64,000 bases of DNA from Candidatus Nitrosopelagicus sp. (GTDB taxonomy: Archaea; Thermoproteota; Nitrososphaeria; Nitrososphaerales; Nitrosopumilaceae), in contig JAOJYB010000005.1 of NCBI GenBank assembly GCA_028242535.1, positions 992 through 64,991 on the forward strand, written 5' to 3'. Numbering within the stretch: position 1 is the stretch's first letter; each line of letters begins with the position of its first letter. This document shows positions 48,976 through 58,365 of this stretch, one piece after another. The translations under genes and the position numbers were made by a program. The notes below the pieces were generated by a model that saw only the letters and a list, made by a program, of their open reading frames with translations, was not told the DNA's origin and made no database searches.

Positions 48976-49944
48976 TTATGGTACAACTACAAGATTCAAA
49001 GGAAGATCAAATTTTCCAAATGGTTCTGCTATTCGTAAATAGTAATCCTTGTTTGAATCGTATTCAAAGTTTTCATAACTGCCATAACCTATTGCAGGTC
49101 CCCATAAGACATTGACAAATTTTGCTTGTCCTGGTTTTAGAACTACATTACCAGATGTAAAGTCAGAACCAGAGTTTACCCATTTGTGTCCTCCATCCCA
49201 TACAGAATAATTACAAATAGAGGGACTAGTACACATTAGAGTTTCATTTGAGCCACCAGTATTTTTAACCAATATTTGTAGGTTTAAGAGAGGTTGTCCG
49301 GTTGCAGTGTATGCAATGTTATTGTATTGTTTAACTCCCTTTTTAGTTTCCTCTTGCCAATCAGTAACGTAATAATATGCGACATTGCCAACTTTGTAGT
49401 TCTCACCTTCACTCATGTATGTATTTATTTTGTATTCATCTTTGATTATTTTTTGACATTCACGAACTTCTCTTTTATTTTCTCCACCTTCACATGCTGC
49501 TAATTTTTCATCTAAAGTTGAATTTCCAGATGATTTTGGTGTAGATGTTTCTTGAGGTGCTGATTGATATTGTGATTTTGAAGCACCATCGTCACTTACA
49601 GCGCTTGCGTTAACTTTCATGATTCCCATTTTTATCAAATATTGAAGTGCATTTACAAATTCATTTTCAGTTAGTGTTCCATCAGCCCACCAGCCTGCAT
49701 TATTTTTTACCCAACTTGGAATAGTATCAGATTCTCCTGAACTTCTAGTAGTAGATGGGACATTGATTATTCCATTTTCAACCATATACTGAACACCAGA
49801 TACAAATGCGGTATCGTCAATTTGGCCTGCAGCCCACCATTCAGCATTGTTTTTTACCCAGTCTGGGACATTTGCAGCTTCTACACTAGTTACCATTGTT
49901 GCCAATAGCAAAACGGATGCTATTCCTACCAAAACTAACTTCAT
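48976..49944 (-). CDS. Secreted thaumarchaeal surface protein with two PxWVKNNAxWW repeats
   Basis: Signal peptide; VPDWVKNNAEWWA and IPSWVKNNAGWWA; beta-rich C-terminal domain. Confidence 0.88.
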   Translation of the reverse strand: MKLVLVGIASVLLLATMVTSVEAANVPDWVKNNAEWWAAGQIDDTAFVSGVQYMVENGIINVPSTTRSSGESDTIPSWVKNNAGWWADGTLTENEFVNALQYLIKMGIMKVNASAVSDDGASKSQYQSAPQETSTPKSSGNSTLDEKLAACEGGENKREVRECQKIIKDEYKINTYMSEGENYKVGNVAYYYVTDWQEETKKGVKQYNNIAYTATGQPLLNLQILVKNTGGSNETLMCTSPSICNYSVWDGGHKWVNSGSDFTSGNVVLKPGQAKFVNVLWGPAIGYGSYENFEYDSNKDYYLRIAEPFGKFDLPLNLVVVP

Positions 49945-49973
49945 GAACGTATGTACGATTTAGTTTTAATAAA

Positions 49974-50001
49974 GCATGATGAATATAGGTACTCACCATG
50001 G
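49974..50001. promoter_or_regulatory. Second copy of the promoter elements seen at 38099-38146
   Basis: gcatgatgaa (vs gcatgacgaa) 30 nt (vs 29 nt) from the ATG, plus ACTCACCATGG identical to 11 bp of the palindrome. Confidence 0.5.
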
Positions 50002-50085
50002 GCACTAGGAAATTAGATGACATTATCGCCACTAACTTTTCTACATTACATTCAAAGTTTAATTCAATAGATAATTTGAGAAGAT

Positions 50086-50523
50086 ATGCCAAAATTTTCT
50101 TTCGTAAAGCAAGTTGACATTGACAGAGACAAGTTCTTTGAAATTAGTACATGTTATGAAAGGTTTACAGAAATCTTGCCAGATTATTTTAAGGAATTAA
50201 AAATAGTTGAGAGAAACGGGAATGTAACAAAGATCTTTGAGACACTTAGTTTCTTAGGGAAAACAGTTAGCGTAACTACTGAGCATGTGGTTGAAAAACC
50301 AGACAGACATATTGTTAAAATGCTTGACGGACAGGCAAAGGGTACCGTATTTGATGAAAGATATGAGAAAGTAGGGGAAAAGACTAAGGTTACAATCGAG
50401 GTAGATTTTGTATTATCTGGTGGATTGAAGATTTTGGGAGTATTTGCGAAAAGTAAGATACAGTCCAGTATGGAAAAAGTCTTAGACGAGTTTGCCAACT
50501 ATGCAAAAAATCAATCACAGTGA
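50086..50523 (+). CDS. START/SRPBCC (polyketide cyclase / Coq10-like) ligand-binding protein
   Basis: 145 aa; F....YE...E.LP, mid beta strands, long C-terminal helix. Confidence 0.85.
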   Translation: MPKFSFVKQVDIDRDKFFEISTCYERFTEILPDYFKELKIVERNGNVTKIFETLSFLGKTVSVTTEHVVEKPDRHIVKMLDGQAKGTVFDERYEKVGEKTKVTIEVDFVLSGGLKILGVFAKSKIQSSMEKVLDEFANYAKNQSQ

Positions 50524-51891
50524 TTTGAGATGTTTTTTTATTAATGGATGTGCTAAAACGGCACTATGTGCAGCAGAATCAGTTCCAATACCATAACTAA
50601 CAGTAGAATCACCTACAAAAAATAATCCATCAACATTAGCTACAGAATGTGACATTTTATTTTTCCAAACCAAACCTGGTTCTTTAACAACTGCCTCTAC
50701 AAGTTTCCAGGCCATAGGTCTATCCCACAATAAAGAATCATCAAAGTCAGGATAGATTTCAGATAATTCTTGTTTCATTTTTGAAACAATTTCTTTGATT
50801 CTTACAGGATCTTCAGTTTCTTCAGGCTTTACAGGGGTCCCAACTATAATGAGATGCTCACCTTTTGGAGATACTGATGGAGTGATATTTGAAATAAAAA
50901 ATATGCCTTTTGAAACATAGTTTTCACCTACTGGAAATACAACCTGACGTTCATCAAGCCTTTTTGATAATGCAAAATGAACCTCTACTACAGAGGTGGT
51001 TTTGTTTAGTCTGTTTGTTTTTTTAATAAAATCATCATCAAAAATTCCAGATTCAAATAACTGATTTATGGCATGATATGCAGGATACGAAATGATTACA
51101 CAGTCAGTTTCAACAGTTTTGCCATCAGATAGTTCGATTCCGGTAACTTTTTTGTCGTGAATGATCACCTTTTTGATGGAATGACTCAGATTTACCTGAG
51201 AATGATTTTCCTTCACATAGTTAGCCATGACCTCACTAATTCGGTCATATCCACCCATGTCAGGATAAGCAAATTCACTTGTTCCACCTTTGAAAGGATT
51301 AGCACGAATTATAGTTCTTGCAAACTCACCTAATGAAATATGTTCAGGAGAGTCAGCAAATGCGAGCATGCAGACAGCATCAAAAAACTGTTTTGAATGA
51401 AAATCAAGTTTGGATGTAACTTGAGTGAGAGGCACAGAGTCCAATTGCTCTGCTTTTTCCATACTAGTAAATGCCATAGGTAGTAAAATTTTCAGCAAAG
51501 AGATTCGACTCTTAAATGGAATTAATGACATTTTGAGGATATCACAAATTCCTTTTGGATATGTATGGAATCCATTGTCATAAAATGCAATTTTGTCTAC
51601 GATTGCAAGTTTCAATCTAGATTCTATTTTAATATCTTTGAGAATTTCATAGATGGCAGATTTTTTGTAAAATGGCATTATATGAAAACCATTATCTAAA
51701 ATATGATTTCGAAACTTCGTGGAAGCGGTTCGGCCACCTACACGATCAGATTTTTCATAAACAGAAACAGAAAATCCATCGTTGACAAGAAGAATTGCTG
51801 TTGACAAACCACCGACTCCAGCGCCAATTATTACGACTGGTTTTTTTGATGATGTTTTTGAAATCTCTTTGATTTGATTGTTGGAATTCAT
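50515..51891 (-). CDS. FAD-dependent oxidoreductase, phytoene dehydrogenase / amine oxidase superfamily
   Basis: IIGAGVGGL, YEK..VGGR, DNGFH, YPDMGG, GLFFVGD. Confidence 0.88.
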   Translation of the reverse strand: MNSNNQIKEISKTSSKKPVVIIGAGVGGLSTAILLVNDGFSVSVYEKSDRVGGRTASTKFRNHILDNGFHIMPFYKKSAIYEILKDIKIESRLKLAIVDKIAFYDNGFHTYPKGICDILKMSLIPFKSRISLLKILLPMAFTSMEKAEQLDSVPLTQVTSKLDFHSKQFFDAVCMLAFADSPEHISLGEFARTIIRANPFKGGTSEFAYPDMGGYDRISEVMANYVKENHSQVNLSHSIKKVIIHDKKVTGIELSDGKTVETDCVIISYPAYHAINQLFESGIFDDDFIKKTNRLNKTTSVVEVHFALSKRLDERQVVFPVGENYVSKGIFFISNITPSVSPKGEHLIIVGTPVKPEETEDPVRIKEIVSKMKQELSEIYPDFDDSLLWDRPMAWKLVEAVVKEPGLVWKNKMSHSVANVDGLFFVGDSTVSYGIGTDSAAHSAVLAHPLIKKHLKSL

Positions 51892-51892
51892 T

Positions 51893-52111
51893 TTATGCAG
51901 AGGCGGATGTTGTTGTTCGGTCTGCTGCCGCTCGTTTCTTGTTTCTAGATTTTGTTCTCAAGATCATTTTACAGCAATGGCAGCGAATTGATTCAGTGTT
52001 AAGCCATACTTCACACCAACTGCAACGTTTTAGTCCGAATTGGTATTTTTGAGAATTTGGAACTTTGACCACCCTGTGTGGCGTACATATTCCTTTACAT
52101 GATGCTCCCAT
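51893..52111 (-). CDS. Small Cys-rich basic Zn-binding protein (paralog B)
   Basis: MGASCKGIC...KYQFGLKRCSWCE.W...RCHCC.MILRT; close paralog of 36720..36923. Confidence 0.82.
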   Translation of the reverse strand: MGASCKGICTPHRVVKVPNSQKYQFGLKRCSWCEVWLNTESIRCHCCKMILRTKSRNKKRAAADRTTTSASA

Positions 52112-52154
52112 GAGATATCTTTGCAATTAAGATATTTAATGGTTATGCACTAGA

Positions 52155-52994
52155 TTAGACTAGTGCTAATTTTTTGCATTTTAACATCAGATAACCAATC
52201 AAGCCTTTTTCAGATGAAGATTGCATCTTTTTCATAGATTCAAAAAGAATTTTTTCAACGTATGATGAATATTTAGTGAGAATTTTTTTACGTAGTTCAT
52301 CTCGATTGTTGAGATAGTATTCGGCCAAAGGAGAATAGACATTTTTCCCAATCTCACTGGACTGTGTAATTTCAAAACCATTTTTGGAAATTTCTTCAGT
52401 TAAATGATTTTGTGAATAGTGTTCTGAGGACCAAGTAAATTTCAATATTCCAAGATTGCGTAAGCTGGAATCATCAGTTGCCGTCGGAATTGCAAGTGCA
52501 AGAATTCCGTTATCTTTTAGGACTCGGTTTGACTCAGAAAAAAAGTCGCCAATAGGTTTGAAGTGTTGTGCAGATTCGAGTGCAATGACACGATCCAATG
52601 ACAAATCTGCAAAAGGAAGCATTCTTGCAGTAGAGTTTAGTTTAGATATATTACCAGAATCAACAGACCGCAATTGAGAAAAATTGACATTTACTGAAGA
52701 GATTTGTAGTGAAGGGTATTCTAAATTCCAAATTTTTGCAGGACCTAGAATGCCGCTTCCAACATCAGCAATCACTTGCGCTGAAGAGATTTCGGCCATT
52801 TCACCAACCATCTTACAGAGTTGTTTTTGGGCATCAACTGGATGAGACGTAGAATTATTCCAAAATCCAAAGTTCAGCATGTCACCCCCGGTAGAGATTT
52901 CCATTATGGGAGATAGTGAATCATATAGATTTACAACGTCATTTTCATTTCGTCTAAACGTCCACAGTAAGAGGTCTATAGGATTAATTGACAT
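52155..52994 (-). CDS. Class I SAM methyltransferase (sterol/tocopherol methyltransferase-like)
   Basis: LYD, MLNFGFW, AQ..L, DVGSG, LPF....D...ALESAQHF, RVLK..G. Confidence 0.88.
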   Translation of the reverse strand: MSINPIDLLLWTFRRNENDVVNLYDSLSPIMEISTGGDMLNFGFWNNSTSHPVDAQKQLCKMVGEMAEISSAQVIADVGSGILGPAKIWNLEYPSLQISSVNVNFSQLRSVDSGNISKLNSTARMLPFADLSLDRVIALESAQHFKPIGDFFSESNRVLKDNGILALAIPTATDDSSLRNLGILKFTWSSEHYSQNHLTEEISKNGFEITQSSEIGKNVYSPLAEYYLNNRDELRKKILTKYSSYVEKILFESMKKMQSSSEKGLIGYLMLKCKKLALV

Positions 52995-53025
52995 GATAAA
53001 AATAGGAAACAGCGGATATATGATT

Positions 53026-53157
53026 TTAAGGTAAATCCACTAATTCTTCAACACAGTGCTTGTGAACCCAAACTTCATCTGCATTTCTGGCAATTTCCTT
53101 GCCTTTGCGGATATCATCACCACAACTTTTGCATTTTCCATCAAATCTTGCTTTCAT
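53026..53157 (-). CDS. 43-aa CxxC...HxxC zinc-finger protein (not in ORF track)
   Basis: MKARFDGKCKSCGDDIRKGKEIARNADEVWVHKHCVEELVDLP*; resembles PARP/LIM-type half fingers. Confidence 0.8.
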   Translation of the reverse strand: MKARFDGKCKSCGDDIRKGKEIARNADEVWVHKHCVEELVDLP

Positions 53158-53322
53158 GGTTTAGGTATAACGTGTGTCGCTAAATGTGATTCCCTGTAGA
53201 TTTAGCTAACCAAAACGTAGTCAAAATTCAATTTTTCCTCACATATGGATCAATTTTTTTGAGCGTTTTTGTCTATCAAAAGAGGCAATTTCCATATTAT
53301 AGATCAAATTTGAAGTTATAAT

Positions 53323-53472
53323 ATGCAAACTGAGGAATTCAAGTCAAGAGATGGACAAAAGTTTTGGGAAGATGCTAACAAATATTCCTGGTCAAATGGA
53401 GAATATGAATTTCTAAAGGAAATGTCATTCATTATGGTAAATTTGCATCATCAAAATAATTCAGAAGAATAG
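53323..53472 (+). CDS. 49-aa hypothetical micro-ORF upstream of tfb
   Basis: MQTEEFKSRDGQKFWEDANKYSWSNGEYEFLKEMSFIMVNLHHQNNSEE*. Confidence 0.4.
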   Translation: MQTEEFKSRDGQKFWEDANKYSWSNGEYEFLKEMSFIMVNLHHQNNSEE

Positions 53473-53532
53473 TGCTAAAAAAACTGACACTGAAACCCTT
53501 TCTTAATAAATTCAAAATACCATATCTAAATA

Positions 53533-54489
53533 ATGAATAAAGATTATGAATCTAATGACCATTTTTGTAAAAATAGTAAGGGAAATGAGGTTCTCTTAGT
53601 TTCCGATAGTAGTACCGGTGAAGTAATGTGTTCATTATGTGGTGAGGTCATAGTAGAAAATGCAGCAGAGCTCGGACCAGGGTACTCAGCTCAATCAAGC
53701 GATGACTATATGTCAAAGTCTAGAACTGGGCGAAAGTCAACACTTGCTTTCAATGACATGGGACTGTCTACAGTAATACAACAATCAGACAAGGATGCGA
53801 CAGGTAAAAATCTCAGCGGAGAAATGAAGAGGACGTTTTACCGATTAAGAATGTGGGACAAAAACAGTAAGGCACTTCCGGGGCATAGAAATATGCAAAA
53901 AGCATTCACATTATTAGAAGGGCTTAAAGCAAAATTATCGCTTACAGATGCAGCCGTTGAACAAGCTGCATATATTTACAGAAAGACTATGGCAAAAAAA
54001 ATTGGAAGAGGCAGAAGTATACCAGTGGTTTTGAGCGCATGTGTATATGCATCATGTAGATTCACAAATACCCCACGAACAATAAAAGATGTTGCAAACG
54101 CAACAAATCTAAGAAGAACAAGTATACACAGGATTTACAGAATGTTGGTACGAGATCTTGACTTGACACTTGAGACATATAATCCGGTCAGCTTCATTAC
54201 AAGAATTACAACTGAGGTTGGTGCATCTGAAAAAACAAAAAGAGATGCCATAAAAATCCTCATAAAGGCTGAAGAATTAATGATTACCAGTGGGAAAAAC
54301 CCAGTTGCAATGGCTGCAACAGTAGTCTATCTGGCATCAATTATGAATAGCGAAAATGTTTCTCAAACTAAAGTATCAAAAGCAGCAGCCATCAGTAGTG
54401 TAACAATTAGAAATCTATGCAAAAAGCTAAAAGATGCAAAGATTGCAGTTTTTGCAGATCCAAAATTAAAAAAAGCTACAGAAGACTAA
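53533..54489 (+). CDS. tfb: Transcription initiation factor IIB paralog
   Basis: Zn ribbon (HFC...GEVMCSLCG), DMGLST, RLRMWD, two cyclin repeats (GR, PRT, GKNP, VTIRN). Confidence 0.95.
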   Translation: MNKDYESNDHFCKNSKGNEVLLVSDSSTGEVMCSLCGEVIVENAAELGPGYSAQSSDDYMSKSRTGRKSTLAFNDMGLSTVIQQSDKDATGKNLSGEMKRTFYRLRMWDKNSKALPGHRNMQKAFTLLEGLKAKLSLTDAAVEQAAYIYRKTMAKKIGRGRSIPVVLSACVYASCRFTNTPRTIKDVANATNLRRTSIHRIYRMLVRDLDLTLETYNPVSFITRITTEVGASEKTKRDAIKILIKAEELMITSGKNPVAMAATVVYLASIMNSENVSQTKVSKAAAISSVTIRNLCKKLKDAKIAVFADPKLKKATED

Positions 54490-54492
54490 GAG

Positions 54493-54567
54493 TGGATCCG
54501 GCGAGACTTGAACTCGCGACCTCTGCAGTGTGAGTGCAGCATCCAAACCAGGCTAGACGACGGATCC
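54493..54567 (-). tRNA. tRNA-Val(CAC)
   Basis: GGATCCG/CGGATCC acceptor stem, CTGCA-CT-CAC-AC-TGCAG anticodon arm, GTTCAAGTC T loop; no intron, CCA not encoded. Confidence 0.96.
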
Positions 54568-54636
54568 AAGATGATTTTCTAGTGCGCATTATTTAGACGT
54601 TGAATGTATTTACAAAAGATATAGAAGCAGATCACT

Positions 54637-56418
54637 TTGAAAGTAATCGTGCAAAAATATGAAAAGGGGCGATGGGATCTAGATGACCTAGTCAAGAACC
54701 CTACAAGACAATCATTTGATAGAAAAATTAATGATATACAAAAACAATCTGAAAAATTTACAAAGAACAAATCTCTATTAAAACCAAATATTTCATCAAA
54801 GAGATTTCTACAAATACTCCACGAGATTGAAGATATCACAGAGAGATCAAGCAAGATTGGAGGATATGCAGGACTAAAATTTTCAGAAGATACACAGTCA
54901 GATGAGGCAACTGCATTACTAACTAGAATTTCCCAGTTTGGTTCAACTATCGAAAACAAAATGCTGTTCTTTGATTTGTGGTGGAAAAAGCAGATAGATG
55001 AGAAAAATGCCGAAAGACTAATCAAAAATGCAGGAGAATTGGCAGACTACCTAAGATACAAAAGACTTGTTGCAAAATATGCACTGACTGAACCTGAAGA
55101 AAAGATAATCAATACATTAGATGTTACAGGAATTTCGGCATTAGTAAAAATTTATGATAAAATAACTAACGCGTTTACATATACAGTGAATGTAAATGGT
55201 AAGAAAAAAACAATGGGAAGAGAGCAGCTTACAACGCTTGTTAGAAATAAAAGTCCAAGGATTAGAGAGGCAGCTTACAAATCACTCCTGACAAAATATC
55301 AGGAAAACAAGGGAGTGATTGGCCAGATTTATCAAAATATTGTGCTAAACTGGAGAAATGAAGGAGTTGATATGAGAGGATTTACAAATCCAATATCAGT
55401 TCAAAACATTTCAAACGATATAGATGATAAAACGATTGATGTGATGTTACAGGTGTGCAAGAAAAATGCACCGATATTTCAAAAGTATTTCCAACAAAAG
55501 GCAAAACGAGTTGGAGTAAAGAAACTTAGAAGATATGACTTGTATGCACCATCAAAGAATAGTAGTCAAGAAAAAAATTACACCTTTGATCAGGGAACGA
55601 AATTAGTTTTAGATTCACTTAACAGATTTAGTCCAAAGATTGCAGAATATGCTTCACGTGTTTTTAATGAGAATCATATTGACTATTCACTAAGACATGG
55701 AAAAAGAGATGGTGCATTTTGTAGTACTCCACTCCCATATATCACACCATTTGTTCTAATCAACTATACAGGAAAATCAAGAGATGTATTCACGTTAGCA
55801 CATGAGATTGGACATGCAGTACATAGTGTTGCAGCATCTGAGAAATCAATTTTAATATCTGATGCACCTCTGCCTCTTGCAGAAACTGCATCCACATATT
55901 CAGAGTTATTATTATATGACAATATTTCAAGTCAGGTTTCTGATGCAGAGAAATCTACAATGCTGTCAGATAAGATTGATGACTTTTATGCAACAATTGG
56001 AAGACAATCATTTTTCACACTATTTGAGATTGAGGCTCATAATCAAATTGCAAACTCCATCACAGTAGACGAGATTTCTAACATTTACAGAAATAATCTA
56101 AAGGAACAATTTGGGAATTCAATTGACATATCAGATGACTTTGGAATTGAATGGACTTGCATTCCACATTTTTATCACTCCCCATTTTACTGCTATTCAT
56201 ATTCATTTGGAAACTTACTTGCAGTTTCACTATTCCAAACTTACAAAAATGAGGGAGACCGTTTTGTCTCCACATACACAGATATTCTGTCTGCAGGAGG
56301 ATCACAGAAACCAGAAAAACTTCTCAAAGAGCATGGACTTGACATATCCAAGGCAAAATTTTGGCAGAGTGGATTTGACTATATAAAAAAGCAAGTGGAC
56401 GATCTAGCAAAATTATAG
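54637..56418 (+). CDS. pepF: Oligoendopeptidase F (peptidase M3B)
   Basis: WDL..L, GKRDGAFC, TLAHEIGHAVH, AETAS, IPHFY..FYCYSYSFG. Confidence 0.93.
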   Translation: MKVIVQKYEKGRWDLDDLVKNPTRQSFDRKINDIQKQSEKFTKNKSLLKPNISSKRFLQILHEIEDITERSSKIGGYAGLKFSEDTQSDEATALLTRISQFGSTIENKMLFFDLWWKKQIDEKNAERLIKNAGELADYLRYKRLVAKYALTEPEEKIINTLDVTGISALVKIYDKITNAFTYTVNVNGKKKTMGREQLTTLVRNKSPRIREAAYKSLLTKYQENKGVIGQIYQNIVLNWRNEGVDMRGFTNPISVQNISNDIDDKTIDVMLQVCKKNAPIFQKYFQQKAKRVGVKKLRRYDLYAPSKNSSQEKNYTFDQGTKLVLDSLNRFSPKIAEYASRVFNENHIDYSLRHGKRDGAFCSTPLPYITPFVLINYTGKSRDVFTLAHEIGHAVHSVAASEKSILISDAPLPLAETASTYSELLLYDNISSQVSDAEKSTMLSDKIDDFYATIGRQSFFTLFEIEAHNQIANSITVDEISNIYRNNLKEQFGNSIDISDDFGIEWTCIPHFYHSPFYCYSYSFGNLLAVSLFQTYKNEGDRFVSTYTDILSAGGSQKPEKLLKEHGLDISKAKFWQSGFDYIKKQVDDLAKL

Positions 56419-56423
56419 ATTAA

Positions 56424-56497
56424 TAAAATGTGGGGCTGGCAGCCCGAGCCATCGGACTGCCAGCGTGTTCCCCAACGGTTTGAATTCGATGTCATTT
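56424..56497 (-). ncRNA. Candidate structured small RNA (GC-rich hairpin)
   Basis: 13-bp stem GCUGGCAGUCCGA/UCGGGCUGCCAGC with one U-G pair, UGGG/CCCA basal stem, upstream TTTAAA box, downstream U-rich tract. Confidence 0.55.
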
Positions 56498-56568
56498 AAG
56501 CAAAAATATACTAGTGATTTAAACGTTATAGCATAATCAGTAAACTAAATAAAATAATACAAGTTTCA

Positions 56569-57792
56569 TTGAATATGATAAAGTCGGTATTACTGCTTGG
56601 GATATTATTTTCATCAATACTAATCATACCTTTTGCTAGTGCACAGCAATTTGAAAAGGCAACGTTTCAAGAGAGTGCATCGATAATTTATGATCAAAAA
56701 CTTTCAGGATCAGTCATTACATCAATAGGATTTGAGACCACAAGTAATGACGAGATAAAGTTCCCTGGAGAATTAATTGAAAAGATTAACGCCAATGAAA
56801 AGATTAGAGCAGTAATTTTTACAAATTCTGGAGAATGTGTGATTGGGGTAACAGCAGAACAACAATGTATAATGATTAATTTTGATTATCAAAATCTCAA
56901 AGGAGATGGCGGAATCAGAATGGTTCAAGAGTCAGCAAGAGAGATGGGAGGTCTGCTAATTGATGATTTAAATCAAGTTTTCCGTACAAATGCAGAATTT
57001 CACTCTGTGTATATTCATACAGCAGATAATGCAAATATGCTACTAGAGACATCAGGAATTGTATCAGGCAAGGGCGCTGTATCAGCAACTTATGTGACTG
57101 ACAAAAGAGCAACGGACTTTTTGTTTACAGATATGGCAGGAATATTAATTCCAAAAGAGATTAGAGATGGAGGAGGATTTTATGACATTGCAAAAAAATT
57201 ATCCAGACATGATGATTCGATAATTTCAGTAACAATGATTCCAAATGAGGATTCCAATCTATACATGTTTAAAATTACAAAAGAGATTAAAGAAAAGAGT
57301 AATGATATTACAATAATAAATACACTAGAAAGTTTTGAAGTAGATGAAATTTCACGAACAGATTATTTTGATAACAGAAACGTTCCTCTAAATTCAATAA
57401 TACAATTAATCATAATTCCAAGTGAGATAACGAAGGTTAATGCAATATCAACTCATGCAATTACCGATGTAACAACTTTTGAAAATATAATGAAAAAGGG
57501 GTGGTTTTTGAGTTCACCTGCAGGAGAAATGATTAATCTAAAGTTTTTGTTTGGACAGAGTAAGACCATTTCAGCAGAGGAATTATTAGTAGAGACTGCT
57601 CCGTGGGACATGCAAAGTGAGATGACACTTTATTCTGTAGAAGAGATTGAGAGTGAAGTAGAAGAAGTGCCAATAATTAAAAATCAAGAAGAAGATGTGG
57701 ATGAAACACAATATGCAATATTAGGCATTATAATTGTGGCAGGTATCGGGGCAGCAATATTTTATCTAAAAGGATACAAGCCTAAACACTAG
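56569..57792 (+). CDS. Secreted, C-terminally anchored hypothetical protein
   Basis: Signal peptide (ASA), acidic linker, TM and basic tail. Confidence 0.82.
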   Translation: MNMIKSVLLLGILFSSILIIPFASAQQFEKATFQESASIIYDQKLSGSVITSIGFETTSNDEIKFPGELIEKINANEKIRAVIFTNSGECVIGVTAEQQCIMINFDYQNLKGDGGIRMVQESAREMGGLLIDDLNQVFRTNAEFHSVYIHTADNANMLLETSGIVSGKGAVSATYVTDKRATDFLFTDMAGILIPKEIRDGGGFYDIAKKLSRHDDSIISVTMIPNEDSNLYMFKITKEIKEKSNDITIINTLESFEVDEISRTDYFDNRNVPLNSIIQLIIIPSEITKVNAISTHAITDVTTFENIMKKGWFLSSPAGEMINLKFLFGQSKTISAEELLVETAPWDMQSEMTLYSVEEIESEVEEVPIIKNQEEDVDETQYAILGIIIVAGIGAAIFYLKGYKPKH

Positions 57793-58340
57793 AGAAGTAA
57801 GCATGCAGCAGAAAACACGGTTGTCCATTTTCCAGACTTGTCACCTTTTGCAGTCATTGTGATGTTTTGGGTTTTGTAAATTTTTCCAGAAATAGTCCAC
57901 TGTTGTCGCTTCTCATCCCAACTCTTGTCAATATCAAATTTGATACCAAGAGATGACGCAAGCATTTGTGCTGCAACATCTTCTGCATAATCACCTGCTT
58001 GTTTTTCAGTTTGACCAAATGCATCATATTCAGATAGGTATCCATATCTGGTACGATCTTTTGGCTGTGCCAATCCAACAGATGCAGAAACCAATCTATG
58101 TGGCTCGTTTGTTTGATTTCTAGAATAAATTGTAAACAGAATTTGGCCTGGTTTAATCTTCTTCAATCCCTCCTTTCGAGGGATTAGTTTTGCCTTTGGA
58201 GGAAAAATACTTGAGATTAGAACTATGTTTGTTCCAGAGATGCCTGCATCACGCAGAGCGTATTCAAAGCTTGTGAGCTTGTCTTCATGAACACCTATTC
58301 CTTTAGTTAGAAATAATTTCTTAGCAACTAAATCAAGCAT
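57789..58340 (-). CDS. pdaD: Pyruvoyl-dependent arginine decarboxylase
   Basis: SFEYALRDAGI, NIVLISSIFP (SS cleavage site), GYLSEY, WTTV. Confidence 0.93.
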   Translation of the reverse strand: MLDLVAKKLFLTKGIGVHEDKLTSFEYALRDAGISGTNIVLISSIFPPKAKLIPRKEGLKKIKPGQILFTIYSRNQTNEPHRLVSASVGLAQPKDRTRYGYLSEYDAFGQTEKQAGDYAEDVAAQMLASSLGIKFDIDKSWDEKRQQWTISGKIYKTQNITMTAKGDKSGKWTTVFSAACLLL

Positions 58341-58365
58341 TGCACGAATGATTTTTTTGAAGAAT

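Noticed and set aside
56428-56474. Classifying the hairpin as an H/ACA guide RNA
   Set aside because: ACA follows the stem, but I see no two-sided pseudouridylation pocket or K-turn/K-loop; left as an unclassified ncRNA candidate
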